Positions 53,897 to 64,000 of a stretch of 64,000 bases of DNA are shown here, piece by piece. Position 1 is the first letter of the stretch. Every line of letters begins with the position of its first letter. The notes under the pieces were generated by a model. It ran no database searches. It was not told where the DNA came from and saw only the letters and a program-made list of their open reading frames with translations. The position numbers were made by a program, and so were the translations under genes. Source of the stretch: Microcoleus sp. (lineage in GTDB: Bacteria > Cyanobacteriota > Cyanobacteriia > Cyanobacteriales > Microcoleaceae); assembly GCA_042408215.1 (NCBI GenBank), contig JAYFMW010000017.1, positions 256,001-320,000 on the forward strand. Direction: 5' to 3'.

Positions 53897-55324
53897 TTAC
53901 GACTCTTGAAGTTGCTTCACCAATTCGTAAAACGGTTCCCAATTATCCTCAACAGCTATCTGCTCCCAAACGGCTTCAATCGTCGGCCTTAACAGCGATT
54001 GTTCGGGATTGTATCGGCGTAACCTGTCCGCCATTTTATCCAGATCATCCGCCGACAAAGTTTGCAAAACGTGACAATAAAACTGCCGCCAATGTGCTAT
54101 AAACTCCGTCGGTTCCGCCTCGGCAAAAATTTGACTAGCATCATCTCGCCAAGTGCGATTGAACTGTTTTCGCAACTCAAAAAAGAAACCTTGATAATCA
54201 ACTTGACTCTCAGCCAGCAGTTTAATTGTCAGTTGCAACAACTCATCAGCATCAGCATCCGGCAATTCCTCAAATCCCAACCTGTTGAGCATTAACTGCC
54301 GATAAGCTGTATTATAATAATTGCCAAACTTTGCCAAAGCAGCATCCATATCGGCTTGGTCAATCGCCCAAGCTAACGGTTGCTGAAGCTTCTCTAAATT
54401 CCCCTTGCAAATAAACGGTTGATTCCCGTAACAATAAAGACCATAATGGTCAAAATAAGCTGCCGTAAACTGAGGATTATAAGTTGGGATAAAAGCAAAA
54501 GGCCCATAATCAAAACTTTCTCCAGTAATCGACATATTATCAGTATTCAGCACAGCGTGACAAAAACCCGCCGCCATCCACTGAGCAACTAATTCGGCAA
54601 CTCTCTTGACTAATTCAGCATAGAACAGTGCATACTTTTCCGATTGAGAAATATCCCTATTGTTTGCTTCTAAATGCAATTCTGGATAGTAATATTCAAT
54701 CACAAAATCTAAAAGTTTTGTAATTAAATCTTGGCGACGGATGTAATGCAATCTTTCAAAAGTACCGAACCGGATGTGAGAATGGCTAAAACGCACCATT
54801 ACAGACGATCGCGTCGGAGAAGGTTCGTCCCCTCGCCACAAAGATTCCCCCGTTTCAACTAAACTAAAACAGCGAGATGTACGCACTCCCAATCGGTGCA
54901 AAGCTTCAGCAGCCAAAACTTCCCGAACTCCCCCTTTCAGAGTGAGTCTACCATCAGCAGACCGCGAATAGGGCGTGCGGCCGGAGCCTTTTGTGCCGAA
55001 GTCATAAAGTCTGCCATCAGTGCCGCGAACTTGACCATACAAAAAGCCTCTACCGTCGCCTAAATTGGGGTTATATTCGTTGAATTGATAGCCGTGGTAG
55101 CGGAGTGCGAGGAAGGGGCGGACGCAGTGAAATTCGCCGAATGCTTGGGTGAAATGTTCGTCGGTAACTTGGGCGGGGTCTAAACCCAATTTTGGTAATA
55201 ATTTGTCGTTGCGGAAGCGGAGGATGTGCTGGGGAAAATCGGCCGCAGGGACTTCATCAAAGTAGTCGCCACCGAGGGATTCGAGGGCGGGTTCGTAGTT
55301 GAGGGACAGCAAGGGATTTGACAT
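53897..55324 (-). CDS. selO: Protein adenylyltransferase SelO (YdiU)
   Basis: [46 protein letters not shown]. Confidence 0.93.
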   Translation of the reverse strand: MSNPLLSLNYEPALESLGGDYFDEVPAADFPQHILRFRNDKLLPKLGLDPAQVTDEHFTQAFGEFHCVRPFLALRYHGYQFNEYNPNLGDGRGFLYGQVRGTDGRLYDFGTKGSGRTPYSRSADGRLTLKGGVREVLAAEALHRLGVRTSRCFSLVETGESLWRGDEPSPTRSSVMVRFSHSHIRFGTFERLHYIRRQDLITKLLDFVIEYYYPELHLEANNRDISQSEKYALFYAELVKRVAELVAQWMAAGFCHAVLNTDNMSITGESFDYGPFAFIPTYNPQFTAAYFDHYGLYCYGNQPFICKGNLEKLQQPLAWAIDQADMDAALAKFGNYYNTAYRQLMLNRLGFEELPDADADELLQLTIKLLAESQVDYQGFFFELRKQFNRTWRDDASQIFAEAEPTEFIAHWRQFYCHVLQTLSADDLDKMADRLRRYNPEQSLLRPTIEAVWEQIAVEDNWEPFYELVKQLQES

Positions 55325-55571
55325 TTTTGTATTTTATGCTGAAATTGGCGATCGCTCCAAATTATATACGGGTAAGGTGCGGTGTGCATGGAACTATACA
55401 GTTTCTATGGCAATTATATTTCATTTTTGAATAAGATTTTTTTTATTTACCGCAGAGGGCGCAGAGGGCGCGGAGGTGCTAGAAAAGAGAGAAAGAGGGA
55501 GAGGGAAATGTTCGCAAGTTAATGCAATTAGGTAAGGGTAAGGTGCGCACTGCGCACCCTACGGTTTCCAG

Positions 55572-57188
55572 TTAAACTGCAACGAGAGTAGGCTCTAAAG
55601 TGGCCACTAATTTGAGATTGTACTCATCTTCAAAGGCGGGCTTTTTATAATCCAAGCTCCAGACTTCTAGGGCGCAATCATCAGCGGGATTAAGGGGTTG
55701 GATACGCAAATGAAACTCTCTCACTTCCGGTCTTAATTCACATTTGAAATCAGAAATTGCACCTATTTGTCGCCTATCTAAAGCCACAGCTAACCGGAGA
55801 AAAGGATGCAAATTACTAACCATCACCCGGTATTTTTTCGGCAATATCATAAAAGTCTCATGCTTCTTTTTAGGAGAACTTTTCCGGTGATAGCGAGCCA
55901 AATTTGCAATGACTTCAATCTCTGTTTCAGTGTATCCCAATAACTCACCATTGCGAATTAAATAGTACGAATGCTTGTGGTGCGCCGAATGACTGACATA
56001 CAAACCGCTGTTGTGTAAAATTGCGGCCGCCCACAACAATTCCCGTTCTTCCGTTCCCCAATTATGCAGAATTCCTTGGGTTTGGTCGAACAAATTGAGC
56101 GTAAATGCTGCGGTTCTTTCGCTGTGTTCTAAATTGACTTGATATTTGTCAGCCATGTGCAGAATGCTGCGCTGGCGGATTGAACCTTGGTAGCGCAAGC
56201 GGTTTTCAATTAAACCGCGAGACAGCATCCAGTCAACAATTACGCCTTCTCTCAGAGATCGATCGCACACAGTCAGAAATTCCATTCCTAATAGTGTCAT
56301 GGCTTCCTGCAAAATCAAAGCACCCGCCAGAATAATTTCTGCCCGCTTGTCCGACATTCCGGGAATTGCCAACCTTTCGGTATAAGAAAGTTTGCGAAAA
56401 CGATTGACTAAATCGCGCAAATCTTTTAAACTTAATTGATAGCCAGCCAGGGGACTTGGTACGGTTCCAAACTTTTCGCGAGCATTAATTGCAGCTAAAG
56501 TTTCGATGGTTCCAGCAGTACCAATTAAACGGAGAGTTTCGCCAGCATTGAATTGAGCCCGCAATTCGTCGATCGGTCTTTCCAGCGCAATCCGAATATA
56601 AGCTTGCAAATAGGCAAACTCTTCCCTGCTAATCGGGTCAGTTTTGACAAATTCTCCCGTGAGGCGAACAGCGCCAATTTTGGTACTCGTGAGACAGAGC
56701 GGCTCGACACTGTCCCCTAGAATTAATTCGGTAGAACCGCCCCCAATGTCAATAATCACCTGGGATTGATTGTTGAATTCCATCCCCGAAAGTACGCCGA
56801 GATAAATTCTCCGCGCTTCTTCCTGACCGGAAATTAAGCTAACATTAAGGTCTAAGTCATCAGCAACTTGTTTGAGAAAATCTCGCCCGTTAGGGGCTTC
56901 TCGAACAGCACTGGTAGCCACAGCGATCACTTGTTCAGCATTGAAAGTTTTCGCAATACCTTGAAAACGGCGCAAAGTCGCGATCGCCCTTTCCATCACT
57001 TCTAACTTCAAACACCCTGTTTTTGTTTCGCAATCACCCAATCGAACCGTATCTTTTTCTCTAGCAATAATCGTAAAAGCAGGCAATTTCGCATCGATTC
57101 GCGCTACCACCATATGAAACGAGTTAGTACCCATATCAATGGCAGCAATAATGCGATTTGACTCCGCAGAAGCAAGTGAATTAACCAT
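55572..57188 (-). CDS. ppx: Exopolyphosphatase Ppx/GppA
   Basis: AAIDMGTNSFH, ATSAVREA, DIGGGSTE, LREG, HHKHSYYLI. Confidence 0.95.
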   Translation of the reverse strand: MVNSLASAESNRIIAAIDMGTNSFHMVVARIDAKLPAFTIIAREKDTVRLGDCETKTGCLKLEVMERAIATLRRFQGIAKTFNAEQVIAVATSAVREAPNGRDFLKQVADDLDLNVSLISGQEEARRIYLGVLSGMEFNNQSQVIIDIGGGSTELILGDSVEPLCLTSTKIGAVRLTGEFVKTDPISREEFAYLQAYIRIALERPIDELRAQFNAGETLRLIGTAGTIETLAAINAREKFGTVPSPLAGYQLSLKDLRDLVNRFRKLSYTERLAIPGMSDKRAEIILAGALILQEAMTLLGMEFLTVCDRSLREGVIVDWMLSRGLIENRLRYQGSIRQRSILHMADKYQVNLEHSERTAAFTLNLFDQTQGILHNWGTEERELLWAAAILHNSGLYVSHSAHHKHSYYLIRNGELLGYTETEIEVIANLARYHRKSSPKKKHETFMILPKKYRVMVSNLHPFLRLAVALDRRQIGAISDFKCELRPEVREFHLRIQPLNPADDCALEVWSLDYKKPAFEDEYNLKLVATLEPTLVAV

Positions 57189-57283
57189 TAGAGTGTATCG
57201 GGGTTGACAGATATTTTTCATTATTTCACGAATTTACTGAGCGATCGGCTTAAAATATTAAAAATCTCAAATCTAAAATTAAA

Positions 57284-58168
57284 ATGTCTACCGAGCCCGA
57301 TCGCCCAACCGAATCCACATTGCTAGCCATCGTGAGGCTTTTGAGATGGGACAAGCCAGCAGGACGCCTAATTTTAATGATTCCAGCCCTCTGGGCGGTC
57401 TTTTTAGCGGCCCACGGAAAGCCGCCCGCAGCATTGGTGGGTGTGATTGTCTTGGGCACCTTAGCCACGAGTGCGGCGGGATGCGTCGTCAACGACTTGT
57501 GGGATCGGGATATCGATCCCGAAGTCGAAAGAACTCGATCGCGCCCCCTAGCATCCCGCGCCCTGAAAGTGCAAACTGGAATCGGAGTTGCTTTAATTTC
57601 CTTTGCTTGCGCCGCCATTCTCGCATTTTATCTCAATCCATTAAGTTTTTGGCTGTGCGTCGCCGCCGTACCTGTAATTATCTGCTATCCCCTAGCAAAA
57701 AGATTCTTTCCAGTACCACAATTAGTGTTATCAATCGCCTGGGGATTTGCAGTTTTAATTAGTTGGAGTGCCGCCGTTGGGAAACTAGAATTAGCCACCT
57801 GGTTGTTGTGGGGTGCTGTGGTGCTATGGACTTTGGGATTTGATACAGTTTATGCCATGAGCGATCGGGAAGATGACCTGCGTTTGGGCGTGAATTCCAG
57901 CGCTATTTTTTTCGGAGATTCTGCGGCTAATGCGGTGGGTTTTTTCTTGATAGCTACAGTCGGTTTATTAGCAGCAATGGGGATTAATTTACAGTTGCAT
58001 ATTGGTTTTTGGATTGCAATTTTGGGGGCGGCGATTCTGTGGTTCTTGCAGTACAGTCAACTGCGAAAAGCCGACATTCCTAGGCCTGTTTACGGTCAAA
58101 TTTTTCGCCAAAATGTTTGGGTTGGGTTTGTATTGTTGGCGGGGATGATTGTTGGGGAGATTTTTTAA
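57284..58168 (+). CDS. ubiA: 4-hydroxybenzoate solanesyltransferase (UbiA family)
   Basis: LLRWDKPAG, NDLWDRDID..RTRSRPL, DTVYAMSDREDD. Confidence 0.93.
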   Translation: MSTEPDRPTESTLLAIVRLLRWDKPAGRLILMIPALWAVFLAAHGKPPAALVGVIVLGTLATSAAGCVVNDLWDRDIDPEVERTRSRPLASRALKVQTGIGVALISFACAAILAFYLNPLSFWLCVAAVPVIICYPLAKRFFPVPQLVLSIAWGFAVLISWSAAVGKLELATWLLWGAVVLWTLGFDTVYAMSDREDDLRLGVNSSAIFFGDSAANAVGFFLIATVGLLAAMGINLQLHIGFWIAILGAAILWFLQYSQLRKADIPRPVYGQIFRQNVWVGFVLLAGMIVGEIF

Positions 58169-58292
58169 TCCATGCCGGGCGCGCTTTGATCGAAGAAACC
58201 GGGTTTTTTACCGAATCTGCGGGCTATAACGAACTATTTTCGTAAAAAACCCGGTTTCTGGGCCCCATGCGTAAGTCCTATAGTAATTATTT

Positions 58293-60383
58293 TCAGGTGC
58301 AAAAACGCCACATCTTAATAGTTCTATCTCGGCTACCACTTACGAGAGTTTGTCCGTCAGGACTAAAGGCCAGACAATAAACAGTGTCTGAATGTCCGAG
58401 AGTGTGAATCGGTTCTCCGGTAAATAAATCCCAAATTCTAATAGTGCGATCGGCACTACCGCTGGCGAGATATTTGCCGTCAGGGCTAAAGGCAACAGCA
58501 TAAACATCATCCGTATGCCCTGTCAAGTTGCTTTTGATTTCTCCACTGCTTAAACGCCATAGTTTAATCGGTTGCTTCGCCCCGCCGCTGGCGAGAGTTT
58601 GTCCGTCGGGACTGAAGGAAACAGTATAAACGATGTTGTCGCTAAAAAAAGAACGAGTCCAACCAATAGGGCCGTCCCCAGGGCCGTTTAAATTGCTGAT
58701 TTCTCTGCCTGTTTGAAGATTCCAAAGCTTGATATTGCTGTCGAAACTTCCACTAGCCATTATATTGCCGTCGGGAGCGATCGCAACGTCATGAACTGCC
58801 CAAACATGACCTCTGAGAGTGTGTCGCAATTCCCCGGTTTCGAGGTTCCAAACTTTCACGGTACTGTCAGCGTGGTGTCCGCTGACTAAAGTTTTGCCAT
58901 TAGGAGTTAGGGCGATCGACCATACAGAAAGAACCACCCAGTCATCGCCTTTGAGAGTGCGTTTTAGTTGCCAGGTTTGAGTATCCCACAATTTAATAGT
59001 GCCGTCAGGATTGGCGCTGCTGCTAGCAAGAGTTTTGCCATCGCTGCTGAAAGTAACGCAAGTCACGCCGCCAGAATGTTCGGTGAGATTTTCGAGAAGT
59101 TCTCCTGTTGTCAGGTTCCATACTTTAATCGTTTGGTCCAGACTGCAACTAGCGAAAATTTGACCGTCTGGGTGAATGGCGACTGATTTAATAATGTCTG
59201 AATGATCTGTGAGAGTATGTTCGGTTTTCCAAGTTTTTTTAAGTTCCCGAAATGATTCTTGAAATTTTGTTTCTGTTTTACTGAGAAAACCTTGCCAAGT
59301 CGGAGGTTCTACAGCGGGATTTTGGCAAATTATGGGCAACCAAGTCGCCCCCGGAAATTCCTTGTCTAGACCTTCTGTCTCCAAACGTTCCCGTGCTTTC
59401 CGTGCTGCTAAATATAAAGGTTCTCCACTTGAGTACGCCGTCAGAAAATATTTCAAAAACTCTTGAGCAATCCGATCGGGTACAGGTTCCCGCATCACAA
59501 TAACTAGCGGAATGTGCAAATCAGCTAAATTTTCTGCTAACTTCAAACCATCACAGGAATTAAAAATAGCCAACTGCAAGCCGTTTTCTATAGCGCAGCG
59601 CAAACCGTGCTTCAAATCTAGCAGGGTGAGTGTTTCATCGGAATTGATAGCAAGATTGCCACTGTTATTATCACTCCAACTGTGACCAGCAAAAAATAAT
59701 ATATCCCAGTTTTTCTCCCAAAGGCTATCGCTTAATTGTTTCCGTCGAGGTTCGGGAAGAAAAAGTGGTTCTGTATTAGGTAAACTTTTGAGAAACTTCT
59801 GATCGACTTGAACATCAATTCCTTGGCTACAACCCAAAATAGATAATATTTTTATGTTAAACTTTCCTCTTGACGCTGTAACATTTCTGGGAATTTCTGT
59901 ATTTTCAGGGGGGCTGAGGACAATTTCAGAATTGGTGTATGTATCCGCAAATAAATCCCATTCCTGCCAAGGAATTTTTTTCAGTAACTCATCTTTGGTT
60001 TGAATGAATACCCTAATTTCGTCTTTTTTATCTAATTCTCCTATAAGTCTTTCCCTGATTTTTTGAAACTCGCTATCATCAGACTTTCTCAACCACTCTT
60101 TAATGCTTTCTCTTAATTTTTGAGATGATTGGCGACAATCTTCGGGAACCTTGCCAACATCGTTGATAGTTTCTCCCTTCCTGGCTCGAAAACACCAGTC
60201 CATGCGTAAATATTTTTTCTGCCAACTTTGATATATTTCAGGAATCTTTGGTGCTGCGGGCAATCTGCCATCAGCTTCTAAAAAAGCAGAATTTCCGGCT
60301 TGGTAAATTCGCAAGTTAACTTTAAACCCTTGGTCAAAATTGCCATGATTAATCTTTAAGAAAACCAACTTTACACCTGACAT
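58293..60383 (-). CDS. CHAT (caspase-like) domain plus WD40 repeat protein
   Basis: IPWQEW, FFAGHS and IFNSCDG (His/Cys dyad present), seven GH..WD-type repeats. Confidence 0.9.
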   Translation of the reverse strand: MSGVKLVFLKINHGNFDQGFKVNLRIYQAGNSAFLEADGRLPAAPKIPEIYQSWQKKYLRMDWCFRARKGETINDVGKVPEDCRQSSQKLRESIKEWLRKSDDSEFQKIRERLIGELDKKDEIRVFIQTKDELLKKIPWQEWDLFADTYTNSEIVLSPPENTEIPRNVTASRGKFNIKILSILGCSQGIDVQVDQKFLKSLPNTEPLFLPEPRRKQLSDSLWEKNWDILFFAGHSWSDNNSGNLAINSDETLTLLDLKHGLRCAIENGLQLAIFNSCDGLKLAENLADLHIPLVIVMREPVPDRIAQEFLKYFLTAYSSGEPLYLAARKARERLETEGLDKEFPGATWLPIICQNPAVEPPTWQGFLSKTETKFQESFRELKKTWKTEHTLTDHSDIIKSVAIHPDGQIFASCSLDQTIKVWNLTTGELLENLTEHSGGVTCVTFSSDGKTLASSSANPDGTIKLWDTQTWQLKRTLKGDDWVVLSVWSIALTPNGKTLVSGHHADSTVKVWNLETGELRHTLRGHVWAVHDVAIAPDGNIMASGSFDSNIKLWNLQTGREISNLNGPGDGPIGWTRSFFSDNIVYTVSFSPDGQTLASGGAKQPIKLWRLSSGEIKSNLTGHTDDVYAVAFSPDGKYLASGSADRTIRIWDLFTGEPIHTLGHSDTVYCLAFSPDGQTLVSGSRDRTIKMWRFCT

Positions 60384-60392
60384 TTTTATCGC

Positions 60393-61019
60393 CTACCTTG
60401 TTGGGAATAAAAGAAAATTTTCTATTTGCTTGAAATCACCCAAAGAAACTTCTATCCGAAATGCTTCTCCTGGTAAAAAGAATAATTCTTGTATCATTCC
60501 CTCACTTTGTAATGGTGCTTGAAGTTCTACTAAAGTTTCTTCTGATTCATACACATCCAGCTTAAGGTTTTCTGGCAGATAAGTTTGACTGCCAATAGGA
60601 TAGACTCCTAATATTGTGCTGATTTCTTGGTTTTCGGCTGTTGCTATATCGAGAATTAAAGCTACTGTACGATCGCCTAATTGAATTGATTTAGCTCGTT
60701 TTACAGCTTGCGATCGAAAAGCTGGATTCCGTATGCTCTTACCAAAAACTTCTTCTAATGTCAGCCATGCTTCCTGAATCGCTTCAACAAAATTATTCTG
60801 GAACCATTGGCTCAAATTTATGACTTTTGGCTGTGCTACCAGTTGAGATTCTACAATGGCTCCTACATCCAGCACTTCTATCCCCAGTAAATCACTCAGT
60901 TCCCCTGCTTCAAAGAGGCTCATCATCCGGTAAAAATCTTCCTGAGAGCCTTTGAAAACAAACAAAGTGCTGCTACTCATTTCTGCTTGTTGCTGATTTT
61001 TATCAATTTCATTATTCAT
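60393..61019 (-). CDS. DUF1822-like protein
   Basis: INLSQWFQN..WLTLEEV..FR..VKRAKSIQL..YLPENLKL..PGEAF.IEVSLGD. Confidence 0.8.
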   Translation of the reverse strand: MNNEIDKNQQQAEMSSSTLFVFKGSQEDFYRMMSLFEAGELSDLLGIEVLDVGAIVESQLVAQPKVINLSQWFQNNFVEAIQEAWLTLEEVFGKSIRNPAFRSQAVKRAKSIQLGDRTVALILDIATAENQEISTILGVYPIGSQTYLPENLKLDVYESEETLVELQAPLQSEGMIQELFFLPGEAFRIEVSLGDFKQIENFLLFPTR

Positions 61020-61542
61020 TTCTTAGCATCTCTATAATTTCTATTTCAATCCCAAGTGTTTTCAATTGTTTTTGCATTTCAATGTCAGATATCTTATTAC
61101 CTTTGACTCTGGCAATGAACATAAATCTTTGCATTTCTACTTGAGGTAATTGCTGATTTTTTTTACATCCTGTATCGCGCATAAATGAGACAACTTTAGG
61201 CCAAGGTGGCAAGCGTTTTTCTTCATCTATGCTCATTATTTCTTTAAGATAAAGGTGTACTGTTTTTGACATATCTGCACTCAGATTTTCACCCTTTTTA
61301 CTGATTTCTGGATCTTTGGTATTGAGCTCTTCTATTGTCGGGGTTTTATATTTAACCATTCTAAAAGCTTTTTCATACCTTGACAACAAACATAAACACA
61401 AACATAAATAGGAAATTTCCCTATAAGAAAGTTGGCTTTTTTTTACTGATTTTAGTCTATTTAAAATACAGTTAATATCGAGATTCTCTCTCTGTTCTGC
61501 TTCCTGACATTCCAGGCAAGGGGGATTTGATATGTTGGTCAT
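61012..61542 (-). CDS. Hypothetical protein, possibly the N-terminal half of the DUF1822-like gene
   Basis: 176-aa ORF overlapping the next start by 8 nt. Confidence 0.6.
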   Translation of the reverse strand: MTNISNPPCLECQEAEQRENLDINCILNRLKSVKKSQLSYREISYLCLCLCLLSRYEKAFRMVKYKTPTIEELNTKDPEISKKGENLSADMSKTVHLYLKEIMSIDEEKRLPPWPKVVSFMRDTGCKKNQQLPQVEMQRFMFIARVKGNKISDIEMQKQLKTLGIEIEIIEMLRNE

Positions 61543-62164
61543 CTTAGCAACGCTCTTTAAGGTTGAGTAACAGACTTCACGTACAGCAATCTATTAGGAG
61601 AGGTATTTTTAACCTTTCCAACTTAATTCCCCAACTTGTTTTGGATTGTTGGGTTCCATGTTGGAATCAGACATTTATAGAGTGGGTATGTAGACAGCAG
61701 TTAGGCCTAACTCAGTTGTCCTTTGTTCAAAAAAATTGACTTGGAGACAAGAGTATGAATTGCAAAGTCTTGATTTCACCCCTCCTCATTGGCTCGATCG
61801 CGATCGGCGTATTAACTTTGATACCAGCCGCAGTTTCAGGTACTTCAATCACTCGGATAGCCTTTGGGTCAGCCACAAAAATCATACCGCGAATTTGTAT
61901 CGATCGAGATGGCAATGAATACCCATGTCCTTGATTAATTAGTCATGGACTCATGGGGTATCAGAAACCGGGTTTTTCTAAGAAAATACACAGTTTGCAG
62001 CCCGCAAATTTAGTCAAAAACCCGGTTTCTTTAGTCAGAGTGCGATCGCACTTCAGTAAATCCACCTAAAAAACAGAATTGCCCGATACCCGACTTCTTT
62101 AAGAATTCGGGTATCTCACAGCGCGATTCCCTAGGGGATAGCTACGCACGCGCGTACTTTACCT

Positions 62165-63082
62165 TTAATTCGAGCCACCTAATTGCTTCAGACGCTGACG
62201 AGCCTTACCAATGTAAACATCTTCATCTCGCTCATCCGACTTAGCATATTCCAGAACTTTTTTCCAAGCTTTCACAACTTCTGCATCATTCCCCAGATTT
62301 TCTTGCACTTGAGCCATAATGCCATAAGTTAAACCCCGAACGCTATCTAGTTTAACAGCCTCTTGCAACTTAACCAAAGCTTCTTCATAGCGTCCTTGTT
62401 CCTTCCAAGCCCAAGCAAGATAGGTTAACAACCCAGCTTTGACTATTTTGTCATCCTTAACTTTCTCGGTTTCCACCAGCTTTAAACCGTGTCCGATTTT
62501 TTCAACAGATTTATGAAAATCTTTATATTCAATAATGTACAAACGGGCCAAATTGCAATAAGCAGCAGCAAAGCCACGGAATGCTGCATCCTGATATAGT
62601 TGCATAGCGCGATCGACTATTCCAGCTTCTTCATACATCAATGCCTGATTGTAGTAAGTTGCTGCATTATCTGGGTTAATTTTAAGAGCAAGCTCGAACT
62701 CCTTTCTAGCTGCGACGAATTCGCCAGCTTGTTTTAAATTCACCCCCCGATTGTTAGCATCCCTCGCCGCATCAAAAAAAGTCATTTCTCTTGCTGGTGC
62801 TTCCGGGCGCGATCGCTTCTTGATTGCTTCTTCCATCGCCAGCTTGGATGTTTTTTTAGTAACTTTTTTCCCTTCTCCAATCACCTCTGATACTAGAGTC
62901 CACAAACCCTGAGCCAGCCTTCTCTCGACATAATTAGGGCTATAGCCAGAAATGTTCATATCAGCATAATCGACATCCAGCCAGCTTAGACGAATAATCT
63001 CTTTCTCCGCAAAATCCAGCGATTTGCCTTTCTTTTCCAAAACCCAGGCATCCAAGAGATTCAACATTTCTTCCACTTCCAT
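62165..63082 (-). CDS. TPR protein with N-terminal HTH-like domain
   Basis: L..AEKEII..SW....Y......YS..YV....A..LW..VSE..G...VTK N-terminus; NNRG..YYNQA..AYCNLAR TPRs. Confidence 0.8.
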   Translation of the reverse strand: MEVEEMLNLLDAWVLEKKGKSLDFAEKEIIRLSWLDVDYADMNISGYSPNYVERRLAQGLWTLVSEVIGEGKKVTKKTSKLAMEEAIKKRSRPEAPAREMTFFDAARDANNRGVNLKQAGEFVAARKEFELALKINPDNAATYYNQALMYEEAGIVDRAMQLYQDAAFRGFAAAYCNLARLYIIEYKDFHKSVEKIGHGLKLVETEKVKDDKIVKAGLLTYLAWAWKEQGRYEEALVKLQEAVKLDSVRGLTYGIMAQVQENLGNDAEVVKAWKKVLEYAKSDERDEDVYIGKARQRLKQLGGSN

Positions 63083-63375
63083 TGCTTTCCCCAGTTAATC
63101 TATTTTTTGGTAATTATAAGATGATTTTTGTGATTTTTGTGATTTTTGTGATTTCTTCATAAAAATTGTGAACTTTGTGTGTGAATTTTAGCCTTGTTTT
63201 GATTAGGCCACTCCGGGAAAATGTGTAGAAGTAACAACTGTACCAAACTAGGTTTAGGTGAGCTGTCCGAATTGTACCTAAAGTCTGCGAGTTAGTTTAA
63301 TCATTTTTCATCTCTACCAACCTAACCCAAAGTTTCCAGGGTGTTACATCGGGTACATTTACTAAAAGGGTGATT

Positions 63376-64000
63376 ATGGAGCGCATAAATGAATTGAGGT
63401 TGAGACTGGAACAATATTCCGATCGCACTCCCAAAGACGAATTATTATGTGAACTAATTCTAGCAATTTGCTCGGAATCACTGGATATTCCCCAGCGTCG
63501 AAAATTTGTCGATCGATTATTTCGGAAACTGCAACTCTCACCAAAATTGTCAAAAGTTTCTCATCCCTATTATTTAGAAGCCCAGAATAAAACTTGGCTA
63601 TGGTTAAACAAGCACCTTCACGAGTTTAATCCCCAACGTTCTCCGATTCAAGCCAGTCTCGTCACTTGGGTTAACGGTAATCTCAGGTATCGAATTCAAG
63701 ATTTATATACGGGCAAAAATGGCAAAAATCAAAACACACTTCCCTTAGAGGCTTTAGAATCCAGCAAATTTTACAAGGACTGTTTGGATGGTTGGGACGC
63801 GGAAATCGAACGGATTGAGAGAGAAGAAAAACAAGCTTTAGCACGGGCGATCGCCAATTATTTAAATGGAGATCCAGAACAGGAACTTCGCAACTGTCAT
63901 CCTCGCAACCGTCCCGACTGCAACTGTCAAATCATTGCTCAAAAATTGCTTTTGGATGAATCGCCAGCAAAAATGTCCACCATCGCCAGACAGTTGAATA
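63376..64000 (+). CDS. Sigma-70/ECF-like cyanobacterial protein, truncated by window end
   Basis: Open frame MERINEL..YYLEAQNKTWLW..SLVTWVNGNLRYRIQD..DPEQELRNCH..PDCNCQIIA; not in the ORF track because it has no stop. Confidence 0.7.
   Translation, partial: MERINELRLRLEQYSDRTPKDELLCELILAICSESLDIPQRRKFVDRLFRKLQLSPKLSKVSHPYYLEAQNKTWLWLNKHLHEFNPQRSPIQASLVTWVNGNLRYRIQDLYTGKNGKNQNTLPLEALESSKFYKDCLDGWDAEIERIEREEKQALARAIANYLNGDPEQELRNCHPRNRPDCNCQIIAQKLLLDESPAKMSTIARQLN

Noticed and set aside
61727..61915. 62-aa minus-strand ORF within the CHAT cluster
   Set aside because: TTG start, no recognisable motif; cannot be supported as a gene

Overview
This looks like a chromosomal window from a filamentous cyanobacterium, most likely Microcoleus/Oscillatoriales (inferred from dense HIP1 GCGATCGC sites, heptamer STRR tracts and gene content). 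It carries housekeeping genes (pilT-like, ictB, rnb, rpsR, rpmG, ilvC, mnmE, selO, ppx, ubiA), two large repeat-rich surface/RTX proteins, a tandem pseudokinase/kinase-TPR pair, and a CHAT-WD40/DUF1822/TPR/sigma-like cluster at the right end. The most striking unannotated signal is a set of IS200/IS605 (OMEGA) elements. Two ORF-less HEARO/omegaRNA elements (1534-1971 and 10821-11192) have identical TCAT|...TGAC junctions. One separates the pilT start codon from its probable RBS; the other replaces the last 7 codons of rnb. The window also holds a full-length tnpB element, a tnpB 3'-end mini-element and a MITE-interrupted tnpB 5' relic. A 5.6-kb AT-rich island (TA genes, PLD-family nuclease, structured HIP1-linked repeats) is bracketed by a 294-bp duplication of the 5' end of an RDD gene. 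Intergenic DNA contains many nested MITE/REP-like elements. All family assignments come from motif recognition by eye; no database searches were run.
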